DNA of 32,000 nucleotides from Candidatus Saccharimonadota bacterium (lineage in GTDB: Bacteria; Patescibacteriota; Patescibacteriia; 2-12-FULL-60-25). The translations under genes were made by a program, and so were the position numbers. Positions within the stretch are counted from its first letter, which is position 1, and each line of letters begins with the position of its first letter. This document shows positions 1 through 8,388 of this stretch, piece by piece. The notes under the pieces are model-generated. The model ran no database searches. It had not been told where the DNA came from and was given only the letters and a program-made list of their open reading frames with translations. The stretch spans positions 510,001 through 542,000 of the forward strand of contig JALHOH010000001.1 of the NCBI GenBank assembly GCA_022843095.1. Reading direction: 5' to 3'.

Positions 1-1257
1 GGATTCAAGTGCTTGCGCTGTTCACAAGGGGGTGTCGAGGGCGTTGCGCAGGATTTTGGTCGATGTGATACGGCGTCCTGTGCCCGTGGGGGGTGTCGCT
101 ACTATCCAGGAAGTGGCGTGGGAGGTCGCGGGGATGTGGTCGCGACGCTTGATTCTCGATTCAAGGCCGCCTGTCTGGCTGCAAGTCCGCCGCAAGAAAT
201 CCTGAGCTGTGGAAATACCTGTGGCTTAGGTGGATGTGGTCGGTGCTCGGATACACTTCCGGCCGGTCAGGGTGCGACGGTTCAAGGGCAGGTATTCGAC
301 GCGGTGTACTCCTTCGTTCCGGTGCCAAACGCGCGTGTCACCTTGTATGCGCAAGGGGTACGCGTGACAGAAACCTTTACGGATGAAGACGGGAGATTCC
401 GAGTGACGGGGCTTCATCCGCGCACAGAATGCGGAGGCTATCGCATCGTCGTTGACTCCTATCGGGATAACCCGTGCACGGCCCTTTCTCCGACGGCGGC
501 ACGTCCGGCGTGTGGTGGAAGTCCGCGGGTGGGGAACGGGGTGAATGAGGCTACGAATGGCGGATATTGGCCGTTCGAATCACGCCTGTTCAGTGCCACG
601 AACTTTGCAACGGCTGTCCGAAATAGTGAAGGGAAGATCTTCTTGATCCCACGCGTTGGGCAGAATGAAACCTTGGCAGTGGCTAACTGGAATGGATCGT
701 TACCGGGGAGCCGATACTTGGACGCGCACCTGAAATTGCCTCAAGGGTATTTGAACGGACTCGGACCGAACATTTACTGGGGCGCGCCGGGAAATGTGAA
801 TGTGACGGGGACGAATCCGCACGCGTATCTGTACTGTTTCCACTCGGAGAATCCGGCGGATACGAGTTGTGGGAGCTTCCAGAATGGTCCGCAGTCCATC
901 AAGTATCGTCGTGGAACCTGGGCGCGCAGCGGGCATTACGCCTACGGCTTGAACGACTGGGGGAAGCAAGGTATGAGCGCTGCGGTACAGTACATGTCCC
1001 GAACCATTCCGGACGTGATCGCCCGCATCGTGACCCAAGATCAATACTTTGAGGTCATTCCGCCGTCGACGCCACCTTCTTGTGGATCAGCTGGATCGCT
1101 CTGGCTCGTCATGGCACAAAATGCGGCCAGTGGTCAGGTGACGATCTTCAATCAAACTGGGGCAACAGGAGAATCGGTCGGGGGTCGGTTCGTGTGTAAT
1201 GGGGAGACCATCCCGGAACTTGGTGGAACCGTTTCCGCTTCGTTCCATGGTCTGTAG
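1..1257 (+). CDS. Secreted Cys-rich protein, 5' end outside the window, with a carboxypeptidase-regulatory-like beta-sandwich segment
   Basis: Frame 1 is open from base 1 (GFKC precedes the TTG at 13); stop at 1255-1257. The segment VQGQVFDAV..ARVTLYAQGVRVTETFTDEDGRFRVTGL fits the CarboxypepD_reg-type pattern. Many Cys; the rest is unassigned. Confidence 0.6.
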   Translation, partial: GFKCLRCSQGGVEGVAQDFGRCDTASCARGGCRYYPGSGVGGRGDVVATLDSRFKAACLAASPPQEILSCGNTCGLGGCGRCSDTLPAGQGATVQGQVFDAVYSFVPVPNARVTLYAQGVRVTETFTDEDGRFRVTGLHPRTECGGYRIVVDSYRDNPCTALSPTAARPACGGSPRVGNGVNEATNGGYWPFESRLFSATNFATAVRNSEGKIFLIPRVGQNETLAVANWNGSLPGSRYLDAHLKLPQGYLNGLGPNIYWGAPGNVNVTGTNPHAYLYCFHSENPADTSCGSFQNGPQSIKYRRGTWARSGHYAYGLNDWGKQGMSAAVQYMSRTIPDVIARIVTQDQYFEVIPPSTPPSCGSAGSLWLVMAQNAASGQVTIFNQTGATGESVGGRFVCNGETIPELGGTVSASFHGL

Positions 1258-1260
1258 TCT

Positions 1261-2016
1261 ATGTCACGTCGTGTCTTGCTCATCGTGGTTACAAGTGCCG
1301 TCGCCCTCGTTCTCGTGGGCGGCGGCATTTGGCTGCTTCGGAATCGATCGATAAATGGGGTTCAGGAGACGCCAATTGCCACAGAGTCTTCGCCGGAACC
1401 AACGCCTGAGGTAAATGGGTCCACGGTGCCGCCACCGGTGTACGCCACCAATACGTCGATTGCGCCAAAAACGCTTCCGGATGGAACGCGTATTGCAGGG
1501 CGAGAGGTGGTTGCGCGTGATCAGGATGGAGACGGGTTGTCCGATGCAGATGAGGCGGCGATCGGTACGGACGCACAAAAAGAAGACACGGATGGTGATC
1601 GTTTATCCGACCATGCGGAGGTGTTTGTGTATCGGACCGATCCGTTTGCTGTGGATGCGTTGGATGGTGAGGGAAAGCCGGTACGCATCGAGTATTGGTC
1701 TACGACGACCCGGAGCGGGGTGACCGCACCATCAGCGTCGATGTCTACCTCGACGAATGCGCCAATCGCCCCGGTTGAGGAAGATCGAGATCGCGACGGA
1801 TTGTCTGCGACTCAGGAGGTGCAACTCGGAACGGATGATCAAAAAGCGGATACGGATGGGGATGGATTATCGGATCGGGAAGAGGCGCAGGTGTATCGGA
1901 CCGATCCAACAAAGGCGGATTCTGATGAGGATTCCTTCCTGGATGCACAAGAAATCCAATCAGGGTATAATCCTCTAGGATCAGGTCGTTGCATCCGTCC
2001 CGATTGTATTCCGTAA
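1261..2016 (+). CDS. N-terminally membrane-anchored protein with thrombospondin type-3-like Ca-binding repeats
   Basis: ATG lies 4 nt after the upstream stop. TM helix LLIVVTSAVALVLVGGGIWLL. Repeats DQDGDGLSDADE, DTDGDRLSDHAE, DRDRDGLSATQE, DTDGDGLSDREE (DxDxDGxxDxxE). C-terminus GYNPLGSGRCIRPDCIP. Confidence 0.75.
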   Translation: MSRRVLLIVVTSAVALVLVGGGIWLLRNRSINGVQETPIATESSPEPTPEVNGSTVPPPVYATNTSIAPKTLPDGTRIAGREVVARDQDGDGLSDADEAAIGTDAQKEDTDGDRLSDHAEVFVYRTDPFAVDALDGEGKPVRIEYWSTTTRSGVTAPSASMSTSTNAPIAPVEEDRDRDGLSATQEVQLGTDDQKADTDGDGLSDREEAQVYRTDPTKADSDEDSFLDAQEIQSGYNPLGSGRCIRPDCIP

Positions 2017-2036
2017 CCTGTCGTTCATTCCGTTCT

Positions 2037-2819
2037 ATGGCTACGCCTCCACCAAATCTTCCGCTTGAGCCCGCACCGGCACAAGAGATCAACACCATGC
2101 CGCAACCTTCGGCTGCTTCTCCGTCCTCACGCGAACCAGAAGATATTTTTTCTGATTTAGATCGATCAGCACGTGGAATGGCGAAGCGCGCTTCTGTTCC
2201 AACAGCGGGAATCGAGCATGCCTCCGAGAGTTCATTTGCAAAGTATTTGGGTATTACTTTGATCGTCTTTTTGTTGCTGGGAGGAGCTGGCGCAGGGTTT
2301 TGGTACGTTTTTATCCGTTCTGCGGCACCGACACCTGCCCCAGTGACGACCCCGGCTCCGACTCCGACGCCATCGCCGCCCGCACCGGAGCCCATTCCAA
2401 CGTCACCGCTTGGGACAGAAGTTCCAGTTACGCCGACGCCGATCGACACGACGCCGACGAGCGTTTCAGATACTGCGCCGGTTCCTGAGACGCCACTTCC
2501 ATCTCCAGTTACAGCACCCCCGTCAGGGGTGAATATCCCGCCACCGACCGCACCGGTTCCAGAACCAGAAGTAAAGCCGGATACGGATCGGGATGGATTA
2601 GTGGATCAACGCGAATCCGAACTAGGCTTGGATCCTCGTAAAGCGGATACGGATGGCGATACGTTGAGCGACGGCGACGAGGTGCTTGTGTATGGAACGA
2701 ATCCGTTGAATACGGATACGGATGGCGATACCTACCCAGATGGAGTGGAGATCCAAAAAGGGTATAATCCGCGTGGAGAAGGTAAATGTCAGACGGCGGA
2801 TTGTCGCCTGACCCCGTAA
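2037..2819 (+). CDS. Membrane-anchored Pro-rich protein with TSP3-like Ca-binding repeats (paralog of neighbours)
   Basis: ORF 1989-2819. ATG at 2037 (MATPPP) is preferred because the next gene starts with the same MATPPP and a near-identical 22-nt start region. TM ITLIVFLLLGGAGAGFWYVFI, Pro/Thr-rich linker, DTDRDGLVDQRE / DTDGDTLSDGDE / DTDGDTYPDGVE repeats. C-terminus GYNPRGEGKCQTADC. Confidence 0.75.
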   Translation: MATPPPNLPLEPAPAQEINTMPQPSAASPSSREPEDIFSDLDRSARGMAKRASVPTAGIEHASESSFAKYLGITLIVFLLLGGAGAGFWYVFIRSAAPTPAPVTTPAPTPTPSPPAPEPIPTSPLGTEVPVTPTPIDTTPTSVSDTAPVPETPLPSPVTAPPSGVNIPPPTAPVPEPEVKPDTDRDGLVDQRESELGLDPRKADTDGDTLSDGDEVLVYGTNPLNTDTDGDTYPDGVEIQKGYNPRGEGKCQTADCRLTP

Positions 2820-2826
2820 GTTTTCT

Positions 2827-4203
2827 ATGGCAACGCCTCCACCACTCGCGGGAACCTATCCCGTTTCACCCGCTGCGGCTCCGATCAAACGTCGTGAGCC
2901 GGAGATCGTTGTCATTCCGGAAAAATTTTACGGTGTGGCATTAAAAATGAAGCCGGGAGAATGGCCGGAAGAAAAACCCCCCGCACCAACCCCTCCGGTA
3001 CCCCCTCCGCCCGCTCCCGCGCAGCCCGTGATGGTTGCCCCGGTTCCTTCTGCCTGGAGAACGGCGCTCCCGATGGTTGCGATTGTACTCGTCCTGATTT
3101 TGCTGGTTGCAGGAGGGTTTGTGTACCTCAATCGAGAGACGTTATTCCGTGCGCCGTCTACAGAGACACCGCCAACGCCACCACCTATCGTGGTGAATCC
3201 ACCAAGTGCGCCGGGAGGGGTGACGGCACAGGTTTCCGGGCAGGGTGTTTCGTTGACGTGGTTGGATAGCTCTGGTGATGAACAGGGGTTCCGGATTGAA
3301 CGGAAACAGGCGGATGGCACGTTTCTTGCGCTGACGAATGTGCCCGCTAACAGCACTGCCTTTTTGGACGTGTCTGTGCAGCCAGGGACGGCCTACGCGT
3401 ATCGGGTGATTGCCCAGAATGCAGGAGGGGAGAGCGGTCCATCGAATGAAGCCTCTGCAACGCTTCCTGCGGCAACGCCCCCTCCACCCGCAGCGCCTTC
3501 GCTTCCGCCACATGGATTGGATTCAGATTCTGATGGGCTGACGGATGTGGAAGAGCGTTTGTATGGGACGGATGAGCAGCGTGTAGACAGCGACGCGGAT
3601 AGTTATTTGGACGGCAACGAAGTCTTCCATCTGTACAACCCAAAGGCAAAAGCACCGGGAACCTTGGTGGAATCTGGGTTAATTAAGGTGTTCACCGGGG
3701 CCATTGGTTGGAAATTGTATGTACCAAATGGTTGGAATGTGGTGTTGGATCGGCCAGATGGTTCCGCGGCGACGATTGCCTCTGGGACGGGCGAAACATT
3801 TGTGATTTCTGTGGAAGACAATCCGCAGCGACTCCCGTTATTGGATTGGTATGCATCAAAAGAATCGTCCGCGAACGGTTTGCGATCATTTACGACAAAA
3901 GGGGGGTTGGAAGGGATGTTAAGCGCGGATCGTCTTACGGCCATTTTTGCCTGGGAAGGAAAAGTGTTCCGTTTGCGCTATGATTTAGATGGGCAAACGT
4001 TCATCAATTTCCGTACGACCTATGAGGTCATGCTGAACTCGCTTTCTTTGACCGGCGCTCCATTGGTGCAGGCGACGCTGGATTTGTCGCAGGGACCTGG
4101 GGATCTGACGGGGCTCGAGGCAACCAGCACGGTGCAAATGGTTGTGCCGACAGAAACCGGGGCGACCTCGACGGGACTAGTGGTGACTTCCACGACGCCA
4201 TGA
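2827..4203 (+). CDS. Membrane-anchored surface protein: Pro-rich linker, fibronectin type III domain, TSP3-like repeat, C-terminal globular domain
   Basis: Starts MATPPP. TM MVAIVLVLILLVAGGFVYL. FN3-like segment PSAPGGVTAQVSGQGVSLTWLDSSGDEQGFRIERK...YAYRVIAQNAGGESGPS (about 3202-3465). DSDSDGLTDVEE / DSDADSYLDGNE. The C-terminal ~180 aa are unassigned; a PsbP/DcrB-like sandwich is only a guess. Confidence 0.8.
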   Translation: MATPPPLAGTYPVSPAAAPIKRREPEIVVIPEKFYGVALKMKPGEWPEEKPPAPTPPVPPPPAPAQPVMVAPVPSAWRTALPMVAIVLVLILLVAGGFVYLNRETLFRAPSTETPPTPPPIVVNPPSAPGGVTAQVSGQGVSLTWLDSSGDEQGFRIERKQADGTFLALTNVPANSTAFLDVSVQPGTAYAYRVIAQNAGGESGPSNEASATLPAATPPPPAAPSLPPHGLDSDSDGLTDVEERLYGTDEQRVDSDADSYLDGNEVFHLYNPKAKAPGTLVESGLIKVFTGAIGWKLYVPNGWNVVLDRPDGSAATIASGTGETFVISVEDNPQRLPLLDWYASKESSANGLRSFTTKGGLEGMLSADRLTAIFAWEGKVFRLRYDLDGQTFINFRTTYEVMLNSLSLTGAPLVQATLDLSQGPGDLTGLEATSTVQMVVPTETGATSTGLVVTSTTP

Positions 4204-4634
4204 TCACGTTTCTTGTGACCACGCCGCTTCCGGGCGCGCTTGGCTCCGCGGATCTACACGCCACGGGGCGCGCGCTTGCGTCGACATTACGGCTCCGCAC
4301 AAAACGCGAGGTCGGGGTTCAGTTTGTATCGTTACGAGAGATGCAGGTGCTGAATCGTGTCTATCGAAAAAAAGATCGCCCAACGGACGTCCTTTCATTT
4401 GATGCCGCAATTGAACCGGGTGAAGAGGCAGGGGTGTATCTGGGAGACCTGGTGCTCTGCGCGCCTTACGCTGCAGAAGAGGCGAAGCGTCGATCGATCG
4501 ATCCTCGCGAAGAGCTAGTTCGCCTGCTTGCGCATGGAGTTCTGCATTTGCAGGGATATGATCATGCGACAGAAGAGGATGAATCTCAGATGTTTGGGCT
4601 TCAAGAACGGGTAGTGCAACGTGTATGCGGATAA
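4200..4634 (+). CDS. ybeY: Endoribonuclease YbeY (rRNA maturation factor)
   Basis: ATGA overlap with the upstream stop. Metal-binding motif HGVLHLQGYDH (HxxxHxxxxxH), and DVLSFD. Confidence 0.9.
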   Translation: MITFLVTTPLPGALGSADLHATGRALASTLRLRTKREVGVQFVSLREMQVLNRVYRKKDRPTDVLSFDAAIEPGEEAGVYLGDLVLCAPYAAEEAKRRSIDPREELVRLLAHGVLHLQGYDHATEEDESQMFGLQERVVQRVCG

Positions 4635-4996
4635 GCGGCCTTGTACGAAGCTTTCAACACGCCTGGCGAGGGGTGCGTCTCTGTTTGCGTACGGAACGAA
4701 GTTTTCGCATCCAGGTGGTTTTGGGATCCCTTGCGACGACCGCGGCATTGGTTCTTCCCTTGACCGCAGGAGAGCGGCTCGCTGTGTTGGTTGTCGTGCT
4801 TATCGTCCTTGTGCTAGAATTGGTAAACAGTTCCGTCGAACGACTTGTTGACGCGCTCCGTCCGCGTCTTCAGGACGATGCACGCGACATCAAGGATTTG
4901 ATGGCCGGAGCTGTCTTCGTTGCTAGTTGCATCTCCCTGTTCATCGGCGTTCTTGTATTTTTTCCCTACCTCCTCGCCTCGCTCGCACGCGTATGA
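4625..4996 (+). CDS. dgkA: Diacylglycerol/undecaprenol kinase family (DgkA) membrane protein
   Basis: 123 aa. SFQHAWRGVRLCLRTERSFRIQ, ELVNSSVERLVD and KDLMAGAVF motifs typical of DgkA. Three hydrophobic helices. Overlaps the ybeY end by 10 nt. Confidence 0.8.
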   Translation: MRISGLVRSFQHAWRGVRLCLRTERSFRIQVVLGSLATTAALVLPLTAGERLAVLVVVLIVLVLELVNSSVERLVDALRPRLQDDARDIKDLMAGAVFVASCISLFIGVLVFFPYLLASLARV

Positions 4997-6258
4997 AGGA
5001 ACGTCTCATCGCCGGGATCGACCTCGGAAGCTCCGCCATTCGCATGGCGGTCGGCCAGGTCCTACCGACTGCGGATAAACGCGAGACCTTAAGTTTGATT
5101 GGAGCGGTGGAAGTCCCGTCTGCGGGTGTTTCGAAAGGGATGGTGAGTTCCATGGAAGATGCGGTGAGCGCGATCTCCGCCTGTTTAGAGCAAGCGGAGC
5201 GACAAATTGGGTTACCGGTGTCTGAAGCGTATGTGGGGCTCGGAGGGTCCTATATTTCCGTGCAGTTGGCGAAGGGCGTGATCGGCGTCTCGCGTCCCGA
5301 CGGAGAAATCCGTGGGGAAGACGTCCATCGTGCGCTTGAATCTGCGCGGAGCGTGGTTAACCCCGCAAACTACGAGATCATGCATGTGCTGCCGCGCGGG
5401 TATTCCGTGGACGGCCAGGCAGGCATCAAAGATCCGGTGGGGATGCAAGGGATTCGATTGGAGGTGGATGCGCATATCGTGCAAGGACTCTCCACCCACG
5501 TTCGAAACGTGACCAAATCCGTGTTCCGGACGGGTTTGGACATCTCTGAATTGGTATTTGTCCCTCTTGCGGCCGCAGAGGCGGTGTTGACGGGACGGCA
5601 ACGCGAAGTGGGTGTTGTACTCGTGAACGTAGGAGCGGTGACAACGTCGCTTGCCATTTACGAAGAAGGAGAGCTGATGCATGCCGCCGTTGTTCCTATC
5701 GGATCGGATCACATCACGTCAGATATTGCGATTGGATTGCGCACGTCTTTGGACGTGGCAGAGCGGTTAAAGCGCGAGTATGCGAATGCAAACGCAGAAC
5801 AGGTTTCTCGTCACGAAGAGGTGGATTTACGCGAATTTGGTGCTCCGCAAAGCGAGCTGGTGAGCCCGCGATTTATTTCCGACATTGCCCAGGCTCGCGT
5901 GGAAGAGATTTTTGAACGCGTTGAAAAAGAACTGAAGCGTGTGGATCGAAGCGGCATGTTGCCTGCCGGAGCCATTTTGACCGGTGGAGGGGTAAAATTG
6001 CAGGGAATGGTGGATGTGGCAAAAGGAACGCTGCGATTGCCCGTTGCGATTTCTCAGACCACGGGGGTTCAGAGTCCATTGGTGGAGGTGTTACAGGATC
6101 CCGCCTACGCGACCTCGGTCGGCCTTGTGGCGTGGGGATTTGGTGGGGAACGTGATGGGAATGTTGGAGGCGGAATGCGTGCACCCTCCAAATCCGGGGA
6201 GTTGCTTAAGAAGGTTGGGAATCCACTGAAACGGATCTTCAAATCCTTCATTCCCTAG
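4993..6258 (+). CDS. ftsA: Cell division protein FtsA
   Basis: The ATG at 4993 forms an ATGA overlap with the dgkA stop. MKERLIAGIDLGSSAIRMAVG is an actin-like ATPase N-terminus, with FtsA-like sequence throughout. Confidence 0.9.
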   Translation: MKERLIAGIDLGSSAIRMAVGQVLPTADKRETLSLIGAVEVPSAGVSKGMVSSMEDAVSAISACLEQAERQIGLPVSEAYVGLGGSYISVQLAKGVIGVSRPDGEIRGEDVHRALESARSVVNPANYEIMHVLPRGYSVDGQAGIKDPVGMQGIRLEVDAHIVQGLSTHVRNVTKSVFRTGLDISELVFVPLAAAEAVLTGRQREVGVVLVNVGAVTTSLAIYEEGELMHAAVVPIGSDHITSDIAIGLRTSLDVAERLKREYANANAEQVSRHEEVDLREFGAPQSELVSPRFISDIAQARVEEIFERVEKELKRVDRSGMLPAGAILTGGGVKLQGMVDVAKGTLRLPVAISQTTGVQSPLVEVLQDPAYATSVGLVAWGFGGERDGNVGGGMRAPSKSGELLKKVGNPLKRIFKSFIP

Positions 6259-6270
6259 AATGGACGCATT

Positions 6271-6294
6271 GCCCCCTTGGGGGCTTGCTTTTTT
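6271..6294 (+). terminator. Hairpin plus T-tract between ftsA and ftsZ (possible terminator/attenuator)
   Basis: GCCCC-cttg-GGGGC followed by ttgctttttt, 13 nt after the ftsA stop. Confidence 0.45.
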
Positions 6295-6399
6295 CTTGAT
6301 CGTTTGTTGGCGACTTTGTACTGTGATAACAGTATCGGAAGGACCTGATTCCGTACCGTTTTTCCCCATCCCTTTTTGTATTCCCCATGCGTCCCCTGT

Positions 6400-7869
6400 A
6401 TGGCTGAAATTAAGCCGGAAATCGAGACCTTTGCGAAGATTAAGGTCGTTGGTGTCGGAGGGTCGGGTGGCTCTTCCGTCAACCGCATGATCGCCTCGAA
6501 AATCCGCGGGGTCGAGTTTATTGCGATGAATACGGATGTACAGGCGCTGCATTATTCGCAGGCGCAGCATAAGCTCCACATCGGGAAAGCGGTAACGCGT
6601 GGTCTTGGCGCAGGAATGGATCCCGAAATGGGGCAAAAGGCAGCCGAAGAAGCACAAAATGAAATCCGTGAACTTTTGAAAGGGGCGGACATGGTGTTTG
6701 TGACATGCGGATTGGGCGGAGGAACGGGCTCAGGCGCTTCACCGTACATTGCAAGCATCGCCAAAGAATTGGGCGCTTTGACCGTCGCCGTGGTCACAAA
6801 GCCATTTTTATTTGAAGGGATCCAGCGCAAGGGGATTGCGGATGCGGCGCATGAACGGCTTTCTGAGCAGGTAGATACCATCATCACCATCCCGAACGAT
6901 CGGATTTTGCAGATTATCGATCGCAAGACGTCGCTCGTGGACGCATTTGAAATGGTGGACGACGTGTTGCGTCAGGGTGTTCAAGGGATTTCTGAACTGA
7001 TCACCGTTCCGGGGTTGATCAACGTCGACTTTGCGGACGTGCGCGCGATCATGGCGAATCGCGGTTCGGCGCTCATGGGGATTGGTCACGGTCACGGCGA
7101 AAATCGTGCGGCAGATGCGGCAAAAGCGGCGGTTGCATCGCCGTTACTTGAAGTGTCGATCGATGGAGCGAAAGGCATTTTGTTTACGATCACGGGTGGA
7201 TCAAATTTGGGGATGTACGAAGTATCAGAGGCGGCAAAGGTGATTACCCAGTCTGCGGATCCACAGGCGAAGGTGATTTTCGGTGCCATCATCGACGAAA
7301 CATTGAAAGATGATGTGAAGGTCACGGTGATCGCAACGGGGTTTGATTCCAGACCCACCGCGGGCAAGATGAAAACAGCGTTTGCTTCGGGTGCTTTTTC
7401 GCCTCGACCCGTTTCTGCGGCACCGGTTGCGTCACCTTCCTCACCACCGTCACCACCCCCGGTTCAAGTACCTGTTTACGCGCCTCCTGCGCCACCGCCA
7501 CCACCGCCTGAACCATTGGAAAAGGTGTCTTTTAGCGCTCCGCGTCCGGCAGCGGTACATGTGACGCCAACGCGTGAAGTGCAGCCGCCTCCGGTTCAGC
7601 CGATGCAGTCGGTGCCACAACCGCCGCCACCGCCTCCCGCTCCGCCTGCGCCAGTGGAGGTTCCGGCTCCGGCTCCCGTCCAGACTCCGCCGCCGCAGCC
7701 GGCGAGTTATCAGCCACACGTGTCTCCGCCGCAATACGCGACCTTTAACCCAGGAGCGCAGCGTGCCGCGCCACAAATGCCGACGCGGAGGGATGCGGGA
7801 TCGGTACCGGCCTCTTCGGAAGAAGAAGATTTGGAAATTCCCGCTTTCATCCGTAAAAAGATGATGTAG
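6400..7869 (+). CDS. ftsZ: Cell division GTPase FtsZ with a long Pro-rich C-terminal linker
   Basis: ATG at 6400 gives [30 protein letters not shown]. Tubulin signature GGGTGSG. C-terminal peptide [13 protein letters not shown]. Confidence 0.95.
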   Translation: MAEIKPEIETFAKIKVVGVGGSGGSSVNRMIASKIRGVEFIAMNTDVQALHYSQAQHKLHIGKAVTRGLGAGMDPEMGQKAAEEAQNEIRELLKGADMVFVTCGLGGGTGSGASPYIASIAKELGALTVAVVTKPFLFEGIQRKGIADAAHERLSEQVDTIITIPNDRILQIIDRKTSLVDAFEMVDDVLRQGVQGISELITVPGLINVDFADVRAIMANRGSALMGIGHGHGENRAADAAKAAVASPLLEVSIDGAKGILFTITGGSNLGMYEVSEAAKVITQSADPQAKVIFGAIIDETLKDDVKVTVIATGFDSRPTAGKMKTAFASGAFSPRPVSAAPVASPSSPPSPPPVQVPVYAPPAPPPPPPEPLEKVSFSAPRPAAVHVTPTREVQPPPVQPMQSVPQPPPPPPAPPAPVEVPAPAPVQTPPPQPASYQPHVSPPQYATFNPGAQRAAPQMPTRRDAGSVPASSEEEDLEIPAFIRKKMM

Positions 7870-7889
7870 GGTTTAGAAATCGACGTTCT

Positions 7890-8387
7890 ATGCGTTGCCC
7901 TGTTTGCAACCACACGGAGACGCGGGTGGTCGATTCGCGCGCGACACCGGACGGTACCGCGATTCGACGCAGACGCGCCTGCGAACACTGCGAGCGTCGG
8001 TTTAGTACGCTTGAAGAATTGGAATTGCTTGATTTGACGGTGGTGAAGCGGGACGGTCGGCGCGAACAGTACAACCGTGAAAAAATGATGCGGGGATTGC
8101 GCCGTGCGTTAGAAAAACGTTCATTTACGGAATCGGATTTTCGCGCACTCGTTCAGCAAATTGAGCGTGATATCCAAAAAGAAGCGCCGAATGAAATTAC
8201 CAGCGCGGAATTAGGAGAGCTGGTCATGGCACGGCTAAAGGCATTTGATAAAGTGGCATACATTCGGTTTGCGTCCGTGTATCGATCTTTTGAGGATGTA
8301 GAGACATTCGAGCGCGAATTGCGCGGATTATTGCGTCGTCCATCGGGGGTGAAAAAAAATCGCTCGTCTACGCGTACAAAGAAGTGA
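7890..8387 (+). CDS. nrdR: Transcriptional repressor NrdR (zinc ribbon + ATP-cone)
   Basis: MRCPVCNHTETRVVDSR...CEHCERRFSTLE zinc ribbon, followed by the ATP-cone segment VVKRDGRREQYNREKM. Confidence 0.9.
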   Translation: MRCPVCNHTETRVVDSRATPDGTAIRRRRACEHCERRFSTLEELELLDLTVVKRDGRREQYNREKMMRGLRRALEKRSFTESDFRALVQQIERDIQKEAPNEITSAELGELVMARLKAFDKVAYIRFASVYRSFEDVETFERELRGLLRRPSGVKKNRSSTRTKK

Positions 8388-8388
8388 T

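Noticed and set aside
6319-6334. TACTGTgataACAGTA could be a LexA SOS box.
   Set aside because: The CTGT/ACAG arms resemble the E. coli-type box, but the spacer is 4 nt rather than 8, and no lexA/recA context is visible. It is reported only as a generic operator candidate.
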